Below are positions 55,610 through 57,119 of a stretch of 57,119 bases of DNA, one piece after another. The notes under the pieces were generated by a model, which saw only the letters and a program-made list of their open reading frames with translations, was not told the DNA's origin and searched no databases. Source of the stretch: an uncultured Candidatus Bathyarchaeia archaeon (GTDB lineage: Archaea; Thermoproteota; Bathyarchaeia; 40CM-2-53-6); the NCBI GenBank assembly GCA_964649235.1, contig CAZYOZ010000003.1, forward strand, positions 3,670-60,788, in the 5' to 3' direction. Numbering within the stretch: position 1 is the first letter of the stretch; the number at the start of each line of letters is the position of its first letter. The translations under genes and the position numbers were made by a program.

Positions 55610-57118
55610 TTAGAGGTAGCCTAGCTGTTCGGCTATTTGTGTCGCATGTTCGAGCTGGGCGCGGGTGATTTCCGGCCGATTTTGCTCCCATGTGCCAATC
55701 GCTTCTTCTAGGACCGCTGTCAGGGCATCGGGTAGCGGTTGCTGTCTAGGCCTGAGCATGATCCGTGCATTTTCAATCGCTACTCCGAGCCTGCCTTCAG
55801 CGAGCGCGGTGCCAATTAGGGGCCAGACAGCCGTCCACGCAAAGATCTCCCCTTGGGGCACGGTTCTTAATAGTTCGAGAGCAGCGCGGGCTTCCTTCTC
55901 TGCTCTTGGCAAGTCTCTTTCGCGCCATGCTATCCACGCGAGGTTGCCTCTAGCCATGCCGACATATTCGGGCATCTGTGCCGTCAATGCGACAGCCAAC
56001 GTATCCGAGATATAGCGGCGGGATTCTTCCACACTGCCCCGTTTCCTGTGAAGGAGAGCTAGGTAGTTCAGGCAACGCGCCTGAATTCCCAAGTCTCCAC
56101 TACGTTCGGCTTCAATCAGCGACTTTGCCAACTGTTCTTGGGCCTGCTCAAAGTTGCCGCTCCAGAGCCTTGCAAATCCTAACCAAAATCGAGACCATGC
56201 GATTTCCCTGAGATTGCCTGATTCCTGAGTCGCTGACAGTGCGGCCTGAGCGCTGGAAACCGCCTCCTCCGACCCTACGTAGCGGTCCCGTCTCAGGACA
56301 ACGGAAACTAGACACTGATAGAACCGGCCGCGTTGAAGCGCTGTTCCATATTGCTCGACGGTTGGCCTGATCTTCTCAACCAGTTCGACCATCTCAGGAA
56401 CCTTACCCTGCCAATAGCGCACCATGACGCGGTCAATCTGGATGTCTACCCATTCTGTTCGCCATTCCTGTGTGTGCTCGGTAGGTTCGGGCGATAGCGC
56501 ACTCTCAGCTCTATTGCAGGCTTCGAGCGCCTCTTCATACCTGTGCTGCCTAGTCAAGGTATGACTAATATTGCGGTGAAGGCGCGATTGCCGGATCCTA
56601 TCATCTGTCGGAACTTTCGCTAATGCCATGTCGTAAATGGATCTAGCTTCTTCATACTGCCCGGATAGAAATAGCAAGTCCCCTAGCCGCTCATTAACTC
56701 GGCTGACTAGGGCGGGATCATCTTCAATGAGCTCCAACGCCTGCTCGTACAGTTTCTTGGCATCCTTGTGGGCATAAACCCGCTCTGCACTTTCCGCTGC
56801 TTCCAAAGTATACTTGAGGGCCTCACGGTTAACCCCAGCCCGCAGATAGTGGAAGGCAAGTTTATCGGGTTGGGAGCTAGCTAAAGCTGGATATTTCTCC
56901 TGGATCAAATCCGCGATTCTTCCGTGACACTTCCTCCTACGGATGAGACTGATCTCTTGCAGCAGGTACTCGTGGACCAACGCGTGAAGAAATGTAAGAA
57001 ACGTTCCTTCCTTGGACGTCTTGTGCTCGCGTAGAATTCTGCCTCGAAGAGCTTCCTCCAACTGGTTTAGAAGAACCTCGTCTGAGAGACCGGTTATATC
57101 ACGAAGGAGCTCAAATGT
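55610..57118 (-). CDS. STAND/AAA ATPase-associated winged helix + TPR protein, C-terminal part (N-terminus outside window)
   Basis: Frame open to the window end; LEEA...IL.E, F.HAL..E.L, H..IA, LAFHY..AG, then multiple TPR-like helices. Confidence 0.8.
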   Translation of the reverse strand, partial: TFELLRDITGLSDEVLLNQLEEALRGRILREHKTSKEGTFLTFLHALVHEYLLQEISLIRRRKCHGRIADLIQEKYPALASSQPDKLAFHYLRAGVNREALKYTLEAAESAERVYAHKDAKKLYEQALELIEDDPALVSRVNERLGDLLFLSGQYEEARSIYDMALAKVPTDDRIRQSRLHRNISHTLTRQHRYEEALEACNRAESALSPEPTEHTQEWRTEWVDIQIDRVMVRYWQGKVPEMVELVEKIRPTVEQYGTALQRGRFYQCLVSVVLRRDRYVGSEEAVSSAQAALSATQESGNLREIAWSRFWLGFARLWSGNFEQAQEQLAKSLIEAERSGDLGIQARCLNYLALLHRKRGSVEESRRYISDTLAVALTAQMPEYVGMARGNLAWIAWRERDLPRAEKEARAALELLRTVPQGEIFAWTAVWPLIGTALAEGRLGVAIENARIMLRPRQQPLPDALTAVLEEAIGTWEQNRPEITRAQLEHATQIAEQLGYL

Positions 57119-57119
57119 G

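Overview
Gene-dense archaeal chromosomal segment. Gene content and order point to a TACK lineage, most likely Bathyarchaeia (inference). It carries much conserved information-processing core (aIF5A/DHS, SRP54, rpl21e-rpo4-DUF655-ksgA, rpl10e, dph2, csl4-rpo11-TFS-PCNA-priL/priS-GINS-rpl44e-rps27e-aIF2alpha-nop10), aglB/STT3, carS, radB and gcvT/gcvH. It also has a complete nine-gene aspartate-to-chorismate operon (lysC-asd-aroA'-aroB'-aroD-aroE-aroK-aroA-aroC) converging on a chorismate mutase-aminotransferase fusion plus tyrA. The most striking unexplained signal is an unannotated leader ORF overlapping the start of that operon. It contains three tandem 15-nt repeats encoding GGKVF-GGHVY-GDHWW, one each ending in Phe, Tyr and Trp-Trp. 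Each repeat has prfB-like SD/spacer/shift-site geometry, and lysC lies in the +1 frame, suggesting a translation-coupled aromatic amino acid sensor. Other highlights are an OSTC/DC2-like membrane protein near aglB, a PAC4-like proteasome chaperone, a TPR-Regnase-like NYN-zinc ribbon protein and probable CTG start codons. No tRNA, rRNA, CRISPR array or transposase was recognised by eye.
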